Origin: Gracilinanus agilis
Lineage: Eukaryota
Assembly (NCBI RefSeq): GCF_016433145.1
Contig: NC_058130.1
Span: 219,815,247 to 219,879,246 of the forward strand
Length of the DNA stretch: 64,000 nucleotides
Reading direction: 5' to 3'
Below, piece by piece: positions 38,019-49,440 of this stretch. Position 1 is the stretch's first letter; each line of letters starts with the position of its first letter. The position numbers were made by a program, and so were the translations under genes. A model generated the notes under the pieces. The model was not told the origin of the DNA. It did no database searches and saw only the letters and a program-made list of their open reading frames with translations.

Positions 38019-38152
38019 CTCAAGAACTCTCTGCTTAGCTATTCTCATTAATTCAGTAATAGCTTTGTTGTGATGCAGCCTCAAAGAACTAAATTCTTCA
38101 CTGCAGGCAAAAGAAGACAACAGCCCCATTTTGGTAAAAGTCTGGCAAAGTA
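38019..38152 (-). CDS. EIF2AK1: EIF2AK1 exon 3 (134 nt; LHH heme-ligand histidines)
   Basis: tag|[46 protein letters not shown]|GTAATT. Confidence 0.97.
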
Positions 38153-39029
38153 CTACAAAAGGAATATAGAAAAAAATTATTTTAATAGAAAACTTGATAA
38201 TAATGGCACAAAGAAACAAGACTACACTTTAAAACTATTTCTATATCACCAACCTCAAAAGGTAGGAAGTACTTAATGTATTTTAAGGAGTTATATAAAT
38301 GTAAACTATAACTTTTAAAGAACAGGTAAAATTCAGATAAATGCATATATACTGTGACTAGATGTATATATGCATACACGAGATATTCACACAAACACAT
38401 AAGTATATGTATACATACATATAAACGTATATTTTTATGACAGCTGAAAACACTTTTGGAACTATCATCTTTTAAGAGAAAGAACAATTAGTTCATTAAT
38501 TTGGTTTTACAAACCAAACTAATTTATTACTTAAGATAACAAAATTTAAATGTCACTGTACAAAACTACTGCCTCAGTCTAATGATAAAGAATAAAACAT
38601 TTAAACAAATGTAAACAAAATTAAATATACAGATTTTAAGATACATTATCATTCACTGATGGACATTTATGACTATAATGAAGGCAAGCAAACTGAGTTT
38701 AAACAAATTATTAGAAATGAGAGAAGCTTGTACTAATTATTCTTTTTTTTAGCCAATATAATATAAAATTTTTCAGTGATGAGAGTGAATGGTGAAAATT
38801 AAGCCAAGATCTCAAATATACATACAATTTGGAGACTACTAAGAAGTCAACTTAGCTTTCATCTGACGAAGAATGAGAACATAATTAGTTTGGCTGGACT
38901 CATTTTAACAAATTATATCATGCTATATATCTTAATATCAAAAGGCTAATTTTACATACTGTAGAAAAACCCATATCAATATTATTCTTATGACATGGGT
39001 ACAGCAAATTTTATCAAAAAATTTGCCAC

Positions 39030-39117
39030 GTGGCAAGTCACTTGACCCCCATTGCCCACCTTTACCACTCTTCCACCAAGGAGCCAACATACAGAAGTTA
39101 AGGATTAAAAAAAAAAA
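39030..39117 (+). mobile_element. 5'-truncated SINE1_Mdo-like SINE
   Basis: Starts at CAAGTCACTTGACCCC, A tail, TSD-like AAAATTTGCCACGTGG/AAATTTTGCCACATGG. Confidence 0.8.
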
Positions 39118-39476
39118 TTTTGCCACATGGAACATCAACTCTCAGGTGCTTTGGGACCCACAAAATGCTCCCTTTGCACAATCCATCTTCCCTACCTTAA
39201 TTTGTAACTATTTGCAACACAAGAACAAAAACATTTTTCTAAAAATAAATGAGTATCTTTACTATAGAAAAGGGTTTCTCATTTAAGAACTGATGTTTAA
39301 ATTTCTTTAAAACAGGATTCTCTTTGTAAATGCAAAAGCCCTCACCTCTAAAACAACATGGCAAAACTATGACTTTCCTGGTACTTTATCCTCTGTCTTT
39401 GGCCATTTCACTGAAACTGAATCTAAACCAAGAGATTTAGCAACCTATCTCCTTTGTTTTCCTCTATGCTCTATAG

Positions 39477-39831
39477 CAGGGGTCAGCAACCTTTTTGGCC
39501 GTGAGAGCCATAAACACCACATTTTTAAAAATGTAATTTCATGAGAGCCATACAGTGCTCACAGTGCCGCTCCTGTAACGGCGCCTGAAAAAAAATTGAC
39601 TTTATGGCTCCAGCCATACAATGCCGACCCCTGCTCGACAGCAGTGATTCCCAAAGTGGGCGCCACCACCCCCAGTGGGTGCTGCAGCAATCCAGGGGGC
39701 AGTGATGGCCACAGGTGCATTTGGGGGCGGTGAATAACTGTAAAGGGGCGGTGATAGTATGTGACAGGGGGCGCTAAGTAATATATTTTCTGGAAAGGGG
39801 GCAGTAGGCCAAAAAAGTTTGGGAACCACTG
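39477..39831. mobile_element. Composite of two different hAT MITEs (A 39477-39633; B 39642-39831) inside one TSD pair
   Basis: Outer TSD CTCTATAG at 39469-39476 and 39832-39839; 8-bp internal spacer CTCGACAG; each unit has its own TIRs. Confidence 0.88.
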
Positions 39832-40299
39832 CTCTATAGCTTCTACAAATGAAGTACCTGTAGTTTTACTAGAAACAAATTGCTTAGTTCTTTTTCATCT
39901 ATTCTTCAAGTATATTTTCAAGTGCCTCAGCATCCGGGTTTTTAAAAACATGCTCATTTCGTAATCCACAAAAGATGTCCTAGTAATGTATGAATCAGTA
40001 GTACAGATACAAATGAAAAAATTTTGAGTATATGGAGGTAATTCAGGATTTTGTGCAAGCCTTTAAGTACTCTTTTATATGTTACAAAAAACATGCTAGG
40101 TCTTCACAATTATATATAATACTTTTTTTTAAACAGAGAATGACTTGGGGACTAAATTCAGTCATATCTTTCTTAGATACCTACTTCACATCAAATTTTC
40201 TAGAACAAAAACTATTTATTAAACCTCAAACACGAAAACAACATATTAACTGGTTTTTACAAACTCTAGTTAACATGAGGTTGATTTATTCTTACTAAC

Positions 40300-40458
40300 A
40301 CGTGAATACTTGTCTTGAACGATGGGGGTCAGGTTCGTGAACATGGCTCAAGTGTTCTAACAACGAAACAAGCAATAGTTGGTTTGCAACTGCAGATGGA
40401 AAAGTCGAGTGTGGTAGAGGTCCTCTCACAGCCTGGAGTTCTGCAGGAACATCAGATT
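40300..40458 (-). CDS. EIF2AK1: EIF2AK1 exon 2 (159 nt; N-terminal heme-binding domain)
   Basis: tag|[10 protein letters not shown]...[32 protein letters not shown]|GTTAGT. Confidence 0.97.
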
Positions 40459-40654
40459 CTAAAAATGTAAAAAAGAATACCAATTTTAAATAAACTGGAA
40501 ATATTTTCTGTGATGATAAAAAATACAAATGTGAACAAATAATAGTAATGCACACATTATTAAACAAGTCTGGAGATAAGAATAAAAGAAGTCAGAATAA
40601 AGTGATGTTAAATAAGGGGAAATGTCCTTGCAAATGGTTTCGAGGTATATTCTA

Positions 40655-40840
40655 TTTTTTTTTAAACTCTTAACTTCTGTGTATTGGCTCATAGGTGGAA
40701 GAGTGGTAAGGGTGGGCAATGAGGGTCAAGTGACTTGCCTAGAGTCACACAGCTGGGAAGTGTCTGAGGCCGGATTTGAACCTAGGACCTCCCGTCTCTA
40801 GGCCTGACTCTCAATCCACTGAGCTACCCAGCTGCCCCCC
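40655..40840 (-). mobile_element. Young SINE1_Mdo-like SINE
   Basis: TSD TT(C/T)GAGGTATATTCTA on both sides. Confidence 0.9.
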
Positions 40841-43655
40841 TTTGAGGTATATTCTAAAAGAAGAACACAACCTGAAGGAGAAGTAGGAGGGCATGTGATG
40901 GGGAGGGATAGAGAATTAAATTAAAAGAGGCATGAGAGTAGCAAAAATTAAGTGACAGATGATAAATGGATTTGCTTAGCATAATTCCGTGTTGAGAAAC
41001 ACATAAGAATTAAAGTTAGTGTGACTGGGGAGCGTTTGATGGAAAGCTTTGAACACCAAGCAGAGAAGCTTCTATTTCATATAATGAACCACAGAGAGCT
41101 ATTGTCAACTCTGAAGAAGAGCAAAATAATAAAGTGTACATAAGTACAAACATTCTAATAACTAAGCTAAAAATGGTTTTGTGGGATTAAAGACTAAATT
41201 GAGATACAAGCTAGGAAACTATTGCAGTACATGTGTAAATAAAAGGATCAAATCCAAAAGATACATAAGAGGAAAACTCAAAGCCTTAGAAATGGATTAA
41301 TTGGAGAGAATGGGAAAGAGAACACCATTACTTCCCCAACCTTGGAGAACTTGCAAGATAGTCAAACTGAGAAACTGGGAATCAATAACTGTGTAAGGGG
41401 AAGATGTGCTCCACTTTCAAAATGTCAGGTGTCAGTGAGACAATCAAGTAAAAATATCCTATCGCTTAGTGGCAAAACAAGAAAGGATTCCAGGTACAAC
41501 AGTTACATAGGATAGAAATTTTGATATTTAAATACATTGATTAGTTGAAACCACAATGACATACTTTAAGGGTGAAGTGTATTAAGAGAAAGAACAGAAG
41601 ATCTAAGGGGAAGTAAAGCAAACAGTAGCAGAAGGAAAAATGGGACAAATGTTAAAGAAAAAAGTAGAAAGTTCAAGAAACTAGGCAGTCAATAAGGTCA
41701 AATGAAGCTGAGAGGTTCAGAAACACAAGAACTGCAAAGAGGGCTCTGGATTTCACTTAAAGGTCACTGGTAACCTTGGGGAGAGCAGTTTTTAATTCAA
41801 ATCAACATCATGATAGAGTGGAAAGAGCCTGAGTTATACTTAGATTTGAGAACTAGGCTCAAATACTGCCTCTGCCATTTACCATATCAATTTTAACTCC
41901 TAAGTCCCAATTCCTCATCAGTAAAATAAAGGGGTTGACCTAGATTTACTTCTAAATTCTCTTTCAGCTCTGACATTTTATAACTATTACTGTAAGCATG
42001 TATATGTGTCTATTGTGTATAGAGCACATCCTGAACATAAAAAGGTTAAATTAAAAATTACCCTTCCTTTCAAAGAACAATAATTCAGTAGCAGAGAAAC
42101 AACATACAAAATAACAATATCAGCTGTTCACATTTATAGAGTGCCTATTTACTATACACTTTCCTTGTAAAGACACTTTGAGATAACTATAGCAAGTAAA
42201 ATCATCTTCATTTTGCAAATTAAAGTCCAAGGTGCAAAGAATCTCAGTCAACAAGCTAGCAAGTGTCAGTCAGTGCTAAAGACCAAGTCTTATTACTCCA
42301 AGTCCTGTGCTATTCCCATTAAATCTCTTCAAACAAAATGATATCAGTATAAGGTACTGTGAGTCAGAGGCCTCAAGTTCAAAACCTAACTCTGATACTA
42401 CCTACATGACGACCTTGGTCAAGTCCCTTAATCTTCCTGGGCTTTAGTTTCCACATATAAAAAGTGAAGGGGTTGGACCAGATGGCCCCAGTATCTCTGA
42501 TAGCTCTAGATCTATAAATCTATAAATCAGGACCCCTGAAACAAAAATAAATACTGAGAGTGGGTAAAGGGCTGGTGAAGGAATCAGAAAAGTCTTCATG
42601 AAGAAAGTGGTATATGAGCTTAGGTCTTGATGGATAGGTAGAATTTACCAAGCAAAGACCAAGATGAAATTTAGGAAGAAGGCACAGAAAGCATTCCATT
42701 CATTGCAAAGGCATAACTAGAAAAATAGAGAGCAGGGATCTGAGAAGCACAATTGGTTGGGGAAAATATAATGTGGAAAATAGCAAGTGATAAGACTAAA
42801 AAAGCAAACTGTTGAGTCTTAAATGACAGGCTAAAGAGTTTTATTGGATTTTATAAAATAGTTTTAAGAATAGGAGTAACAAAATCAGATTTATATATAC
42901 GGAAGATTAAGCTGTTAACAATGTGAAGAAAGGATAAGAAGGAAAAAGACTGAAAATAAAAAGGCTAAATTCATTTAGTGGAGTCATAAAGGCAAAAAAC
43001 AGATTGGCAGGATGTTAAGAAGAAATTAGTATCAAGGAAAAGTAGTAGTAGATTACTCCCTTAATTGTTGAAAGGGAAGAGGAGAAAGGTTTCCTTGTGA
43101 TGTGGGAAGGAAGCATGACTAGTAGTCTGAGGATAAGAGGGCAGAAATATTTTGAAGTAGAAAGGAAGGAAATAGCAGAGGTAGTTGAGGTAAAAAACTA
43201 GGGAGGGAGAAAGTGAAATAGCTCTACCACTTACTACTTAGTATTCTGCTTAATGTTATGAGTGTCAGTTTTCTCATCTGAAATATGTTCACAGGGTTGT
43301 TGTGAGAGCTAAATGAGTTCATAAAAAAGCACTAAATAAATGGAAGCTCTTATTATAAAACATATTGTACTACAGTGGGATGAGCACTAGATTTTAAGTC
43401 TAAGGGCCTAGGTTCAAGACTCAGTATCTATACTACTTACTACCTGTGCAACAGCAGGTTAAGTCATTTAATCTCTATGAATCCAAGTTTCCTCATCTTT
43501 AAAAGACAGAATAATGAAATTTAAATATACCCATTTCACACAGTTTTGAGAAAAGTGTTTTGAAAGGCTGAAATGCTATATAAAATTGGGTTATTACAGA
43601 AAGGTGATATTTTTTACAAGCCACTGTTAGAAGTCTCAGAAGTTAGTAAAGGCAG

Positions 43656-43859
43656 GGGCCAATTGGGTAGCTCAGTGGATTGAGAGCCAGGTCTAGAGAC
43701 GGGAGATCCTAGGTTCAAATCTGGCCTCAGCCACTTCCTAGCTGTGTGACCCTGGGCAAGTCACTTGACCCCCATTGCCTAGCCCTTACCACTCTTCTGC
43801 CTTGGAGCCAATACACAGTACTGACTCCAAGATGGAAGGTAAGGGTTTTAAAAAAAAAA
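43656..43859 (+). mobile_element. Young SINE1_Mdo-like SINE
   Basis: Perfect 16-bp TSD AAGTTAGTAAAGGCAG. Confidence 0.9.
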
Positions 43860-44736
43860 AAGTTAGTAAAGGCAGAACCACAGCACCTATTTTGCAGTGA
43901 CCTGGGCAAACTTCTAGCCTAGGCCAGCTAAATGATGCAAATTAGGGAGATAGCCTAGATTACCTCTAAAATACCTTATAGCTCTAAATTTATGAGCTCC
44001 AACACAAATACAAGAAAAAAGAATTTAGTATTGCCCTTGTGAATATTAACAACAATTTGTTAAACACTCTTTTTATTAAGAGGTTTGGTAGATCAAAGGT
44101 TAGGGGTTTGGCAGCCCAAAAAAAGCAGGAAAAACTAATATTATGTAATACTCTCTTATTAAGGAACCTTGGATAAATTCTCTGAATTTGTTTCTTTATC
44201 TTAGAAAACAGAAAAACACTTTTGTATTTACTTTCTAGAGCATAAAATTTTTAAAGGATGTTTATGTATAGAACAGATTCTATGTAAACTCAACAGTACT
44301 ATTAATAACCCAGTCTCACAAAATTTTTTTTACAATTTTATCATGGTTCACTACTTTAAGAAGTAATCTTGAGTTCACAGAAAACCTTATCACAAGACTA
44401 CACACAAGGTATACTTACATGTTTACAGATGAACTGCTTTTCTGGATTATCTGTGAGGCTTTACATTTTTGGAAATTCATTTAAACTTGTCATCTTACTT
44501 GTTCATTAAAAATGAAGATAAATTTTGCAATTTTCCCTCTTACAAATGAAAATAAATGAATTATAGATTTAGAGCTTTAAAGGTCATCCAGTTAGAATTT
44601 TATCTTTTAAGAAACTGAAACCCAGAATAAGGTCTCACAAGTTATTAAGTCAAACTCAAAACTCAAGTCTTCTGATTCCATAACCACTATTCTGTCCATT
44701 ATACCATTCTAACTCTCCTTTAAAATACCAAGCATT

Positions 44737-44950
44737 GGGGGCAGCTGGGTAGCTCAGTGGATTGAGCCAGGCCTAGAGACTGGAGGTCCTAGGTTCAAAT
44801 CTGACCTCAGATACTTCCCAGCTGTGTGACCCTGGGCAAGTCACTTGATCCCCACTGCCTACCCTTACCACTCTTCTGCCTTGGAGCCAATACAAAGTGT
44901 TGACTCCAATGCGGAAGGTAAGGGTTTAAAAAATTTTTTAAATAAATTGT
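44737..44950 (+). mobile_element. SINE1_Mdo-like SINE
   Basis: TSD AAAATACCAAG(C/T)AT. Confidence 0.88.
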
Positions 44951-46129
44951 AAAAAATACCAAGTATGTACATATTCTCTTTTATTTATTTTCATAGGTGA
45001 AGAAATTATAATAAGGTGTCATATAAATACAACTACCCAATATTTTAATATATATTCTTCTTTTAAATAACTTGGGATAAGTCAATTTATGTTCCCTGCA
45101 CTTACTGCTACAAGAGCATTAAAAAATAACTGAATTTTTTATTATTACATTTGCAGTATACATTATGACATTTACTACACAGCTTACACTAAAAAAATTT
45201 TTTTAATAATTCTATAAAGGCATTTTATTCAAATCCAGTAAAACCTGGCCTGAATGTCCTTCATTTCAAATGCCACCTAAAAGCACAGCAACTGTCAGTT
45301 GTTTATATGACATATTCCTTAACTAACAAATACTAAAATAATTGAACTTGTTCAATTTTCAGTTGAGTTCTCCAATCTGCCTTATATTTTATATAGAATA
45401 GGTTTGTTGTACTACTTGATGATGTCACAACTGTGTTTGTCACCTTTCTCCTCTGGATTATAAACTTCTTGAGATAAGAGTTAACCAAAACTGTGAAATA
45501 CCCATAGTTCCTGGCACAAACCACTGCGTTTATTTTGGGGGATACTTTACAACTGATAAAGCTGAGTGGATTATGTACTGCATCCCTCTAAGTCGTCTCT
45601 AGTTACATCACTGTTAAGGAAGCAAATGAAAACATAAACTGAACAGTAAAACTAAATAGCTGCTGTGGCTGTCCAAAGATGACTTTGGCATGAACTTTTC
45701 AGTATAAATACCCTAGAGCACAATAAAAAAAAAATCCCTCTATTTTTTAATGTTCAAAAACCAAGGGCATGGGGACAATATCATTACTTTAAAAAAATTC
45801 TTTACTGATCCTTGACCTCAGCAGTAAAAAATGTGTTTTCCTTCAAGCTGAAAGTATCTCCATTTCTTGGTCTCCAAGGGAGACGACAGGTTTTGCCTAT
45901 GTGAGTTTACCTGGTTCCTTTATCTCAAGCTATCTCCTGAACCTCCTGGAACAAGCTCGCAAGCTCAAACAAGTCTAGCAAAAGAATAGAAAAAGAAGTA
46001 TGTGTTTGTATGGGGATGGGGGTGGGGGGAGGAGATGAGATGGAAGGTGTAAGGGGAACTGAGATTTGGAGGAAAAAAAGCATTTGGTTCACCAAATTGA
46101 ATTAAGTTTCTACGGTGTGCCAGATAAGA

Positions 46130-47070
46130 GGAGGTAAAGACCTGCGCTTCGGCTAATTGGGGTTCTGTTTTGCTTTGTTCTGTTTTTATCTATTCCCACC
46201 ACCAACCCTGTGGGACACTGGCGTCCTCATTGCCCGGGTCCCCCGGCCTAAACAAACAAGTCTGCTCACCATCATATCGGATGTCCGACCCCTCCTGAGG
46301 GAAGTCTATGGCAGGTGGCGGTGGCAACCCTGTAGCTCTGGCGCCCTTTGCCTCACATTCCTGAGATTCAGAATCGTCCTCGAGCATCGCTCGCACCACA
46401 GGAGCAGGGGCAGCGACCGCCCCATCCAAAGACTCCGTGGGGTCCTCAGCCCCAAGATGCGGCAGCCGATTTGCAAGAAATGCCAGTCTCTCCAAGGAGG
46501 CGCAACGAGCCCCCGGAAGTGACTGCTAGAGGACCGGAAATCGACTCAGTGCGGAAGAGAAGTAAGCCGCCCAGAGCCTTAGCCGAAGCGGCACCACCGT
46601 GCGCCCCCTTCCGGGATGAGGGAGAAGCGTTGACGCTACGACCCCTGTCGGTGAGTGCGTGGAATCGCTCTCCTCTTAGACACGGCACGACCCCAGGTCT
46701 TTCCCTCAACCCCGCCCCCAGAAAAAAAAAATACAAAAATATGGAGGCTCTGGGTTCCGGGAATCTCTTCCTCCGTCGTCGTCTTTCCTGCCGCACTACC
46801 CTACCCTCCATCCATCTGGTGGAATAAGTCGGTGCCACCGCATCCCTAACTCTCCCACGGAATAGAGCTGCTTTAGGGAAGGTCTGTAGTGCGAGGCCGA
46901 AGGCAAGAGGATTTGCCCTCCCAGCGTCAGACGTCCAAAACCCGACGAGATAGCCCCTCCTCGGGGGTGGAGGGTGAAATCAGCCCTGCCTCCATTTGTC
47001 TACAGCCCGGCCTCTTCCGGAAAACCGAGAAGAGGATTGTGGGTAGTAAGGAAAGCTCCCACGCCTCATC
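46130..47070. promoter_or_regulatory. EIF2AK1 CpG-island promoter
   Basis: CpG-rich stretch; ETS motifs CCGGAAGT (46513-46520) and CCGGAAAT (46534-46541); GAS-like TTCCGGGAA (46755-46763). Confidence 0.8.
46270..46387 (-). CDS. EIF2AK1: EIF2AK1 exon 1 coding part (118 nt)
   Basis: ATG in GCG-ATG context; MLEDDSESQECEAKGARATGLPPPPAIDFPQEGSDIRYD-G|GTGAGC; PPAIDFP is conserved; same size as the human exon. Confidence 0.93.
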
Positions 47071-47106
47071 TGTCTACTCTCTTTCTCCTTCATCAAGGTC
47101 TTGGCC

Positions 47107-47312
47107 CAGTGGGCTTTTTACCCCTCCAATTGTGATGGATTCCACTCGTGGACTTCTAGGTGTCACAATAATTAATGTCTTAAGTATATAAAATAAAATA
47201 CATAGGATTACAAAGGATACCAGTTATGTTGAAATAAAGATGTAACATTTCCTAAGTTCAAGGACACACCTCCTTGAATTCTATTCCACAGATCCCAGGT
47301 TAAGAACCCCTG
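47107..47312. mobile_element. Old MER5/Charlie-like hAT MITE remnant
   Basis: Ends in AGGTTAAGAACCCCTG; related to 31675-31835. Confidence 0.5.
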
Positions 47313-48149
47313 CTTTAAGCTATATGGGAACTGAAATCCCCAAACCCCAAAAGGAATGGCAGTGATAGCCCTGAGGCCCAGAGAAATCTCTTTTGGGGGA
47401 AGGAGGAAAACTTTTACTCCTCAAATGTAAACTGTTAAACTAGTGTGAATAGAAAAAACCTGACATTTTCAACAACTCTTCATAATCAAATCTACATTAG
47501 GATAGTCCCCTACCTGGATCTAAGTGAAGCAATATTCAATTTGGCTTTATTCCATAATTTTAACATGTTTTAAGTAATATTTTTGCTATCCTTTCAGACA
47601 GACAAAGACTTCCAGGCCTTTTTCTCCCCTAGAATAGTCTCAGTAGAGATCCCTCTCATCTATGTGGTAATGATATCATGTATATACATACACATAAATG
47701 TTTATATATGTGTTTATGTACATAAATATATCTATAAGCACATATTTATTTGTAAGGGAATAAATTTGTGTGCCTGGGTAATTAGGACTTGAGATTTTAT
47801 TGGCATTGGTGAATGAGGAGACTCCCTCTATCACTGCAGATCAGCAACAATATATTCTGCAACTTACTGTCTTAAAAAAGTTGCCAGAGACAATCAACAA
47901 TCAATAAATATTTATTAAGATCCTGCCAAGGCACTTTGCTAGGCTGAGAATACAAGTATAAAGATTGAAACAATCCCTACACACACAAGCAGTTTATATA
48001 CCATGAAGGGAAATAGCAAGAATACACACATTCATTCAAACATACATATATATATATATACACATAACACACATGTATATATACACATACACATGTGAAG
48101 ATATATAACAAATATAAAGTGAATAAATACAAATGTATACAAAGTAGTT

Positions 48150-49440
48150 AAAACAAGGGATTTAGGGGAGGACAATAACAATTGCCAGAATCAGAAAAGG
48201 TTTCATGCAGAAGACCATGTTTGAGTTGTATCTTAAAGAAAGATAGTGATATAAGAGGTGAGAAAAAGTAGGGGGAAGGGCAGAGTGGGCTATCTTGGGG
48301 AGGTGGGGCACAATTTGGGTGGATCCTCTGATGCAGGAGGGAAGTAATGTATGAGTGGAAAGAGCAATAGAGATCAAGTTGTAGAAGGCTATAAATGCAA
48401 AATAAAGTTTGAATTTTATTCTAGAGGCAATAGGAAGCTATTACAGTTAGAAGAGTAGTGAAGTCACATGAGGAGGAATCATAAATCTGTGCTTAAGGAG
48501 AATTACTTGGACAGCAATGTGTGGAATGAACTGGAGAGCTGAGAGAATTGAGGCAGAGAAACCAGTAAGGAGACTTGAAGTGTAGCTTTTTGAGTGGAGG
48601 AGGGATCTGATGAGAGAGATGTTGTGAAGGTAAAAATGTCAAGATTGGCAACCACTGGATATGAGTGATAATGGAGAGTAGTATATTGCTATGGTTACAA
48701 ACCTGGGAACCTGGAAGGTTGGTGGTGGCTTCACCAGAAATAGGGAAGTTTGTAAGTGGGGAGGGCTTAAAGGAAAAGATAAATTCAGGTTTAGACAAGC
48801 TGAGTTTGAAATGTCTCTGAGACATCCAGTTTGAAATTCCTAATAGGTAATTAGTGATGTAGGATTAAAACTCAGAGGGGAATTAGGGCTGGATATATAG
48901 ATCTGGCAGTTACCTGCATAGATATGACAGTTAAACTCATGACAGCCAATGAGGTTACCAAGAGTGTTGAGAGAGAAGAAGGCCCAGGACAGAATCTTGG
49001 AGAATACTCACAATTAGTAGGGCACTGTGTTGCTAAGTATACCTTTATAAACTTTAACATTAGATTTTCTTTATTTTAACTTTTCTCCTAATTTGATTCT
49101 TATCTTATAAAGACATATACTTTAGTCCCTCATTTGTAAAATGTCATATGAGAATGCAGCAAAGAAAAATGAAAAGTAGTCAGACAAAGAAAAGGAAAGA
49201 GGAGAACCTGGGGAGTGTAATGTCACAAAAAACCAGAGGAGAGTAAACAGGAAGTAAAAGTGGTCAGTCAACAGTGTCATATGTAGCAAAGAAAAAAGAA
49301 GGATTATGACTGAAAAGAGACCACTAGATTTGGAAATTAGGAAAAGAATTAACTTTGGCAAGAGCAGTTTGAGTTATCAATGAGGGCAGAAGCCAGATTG
49401 TAGAGTGAGAATTTGAGACAGTAGTATCATCTAGTTGATA
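48150..49440 (+). mobile_element. L2 remnant, interrupted at about 49030-49160
   Basis: L2 motifs (GAGTTTGAAATGTCTCTGAGACATCCAGTTTGAAA; TTTGGAAATTAGG...TTTGGCAAGAGCAGTTT). Confidence 0.6.

Noticed and set aside
46157-47191. Several 100-160 aa ORFs on both strands around the HRI promoter
   Set aside because: Expected in a GC-rich CpG island. Only the part of 46190-46495 from ATG 46387 to the donor at 46270 matches HRI; the others show no recognisable domain.
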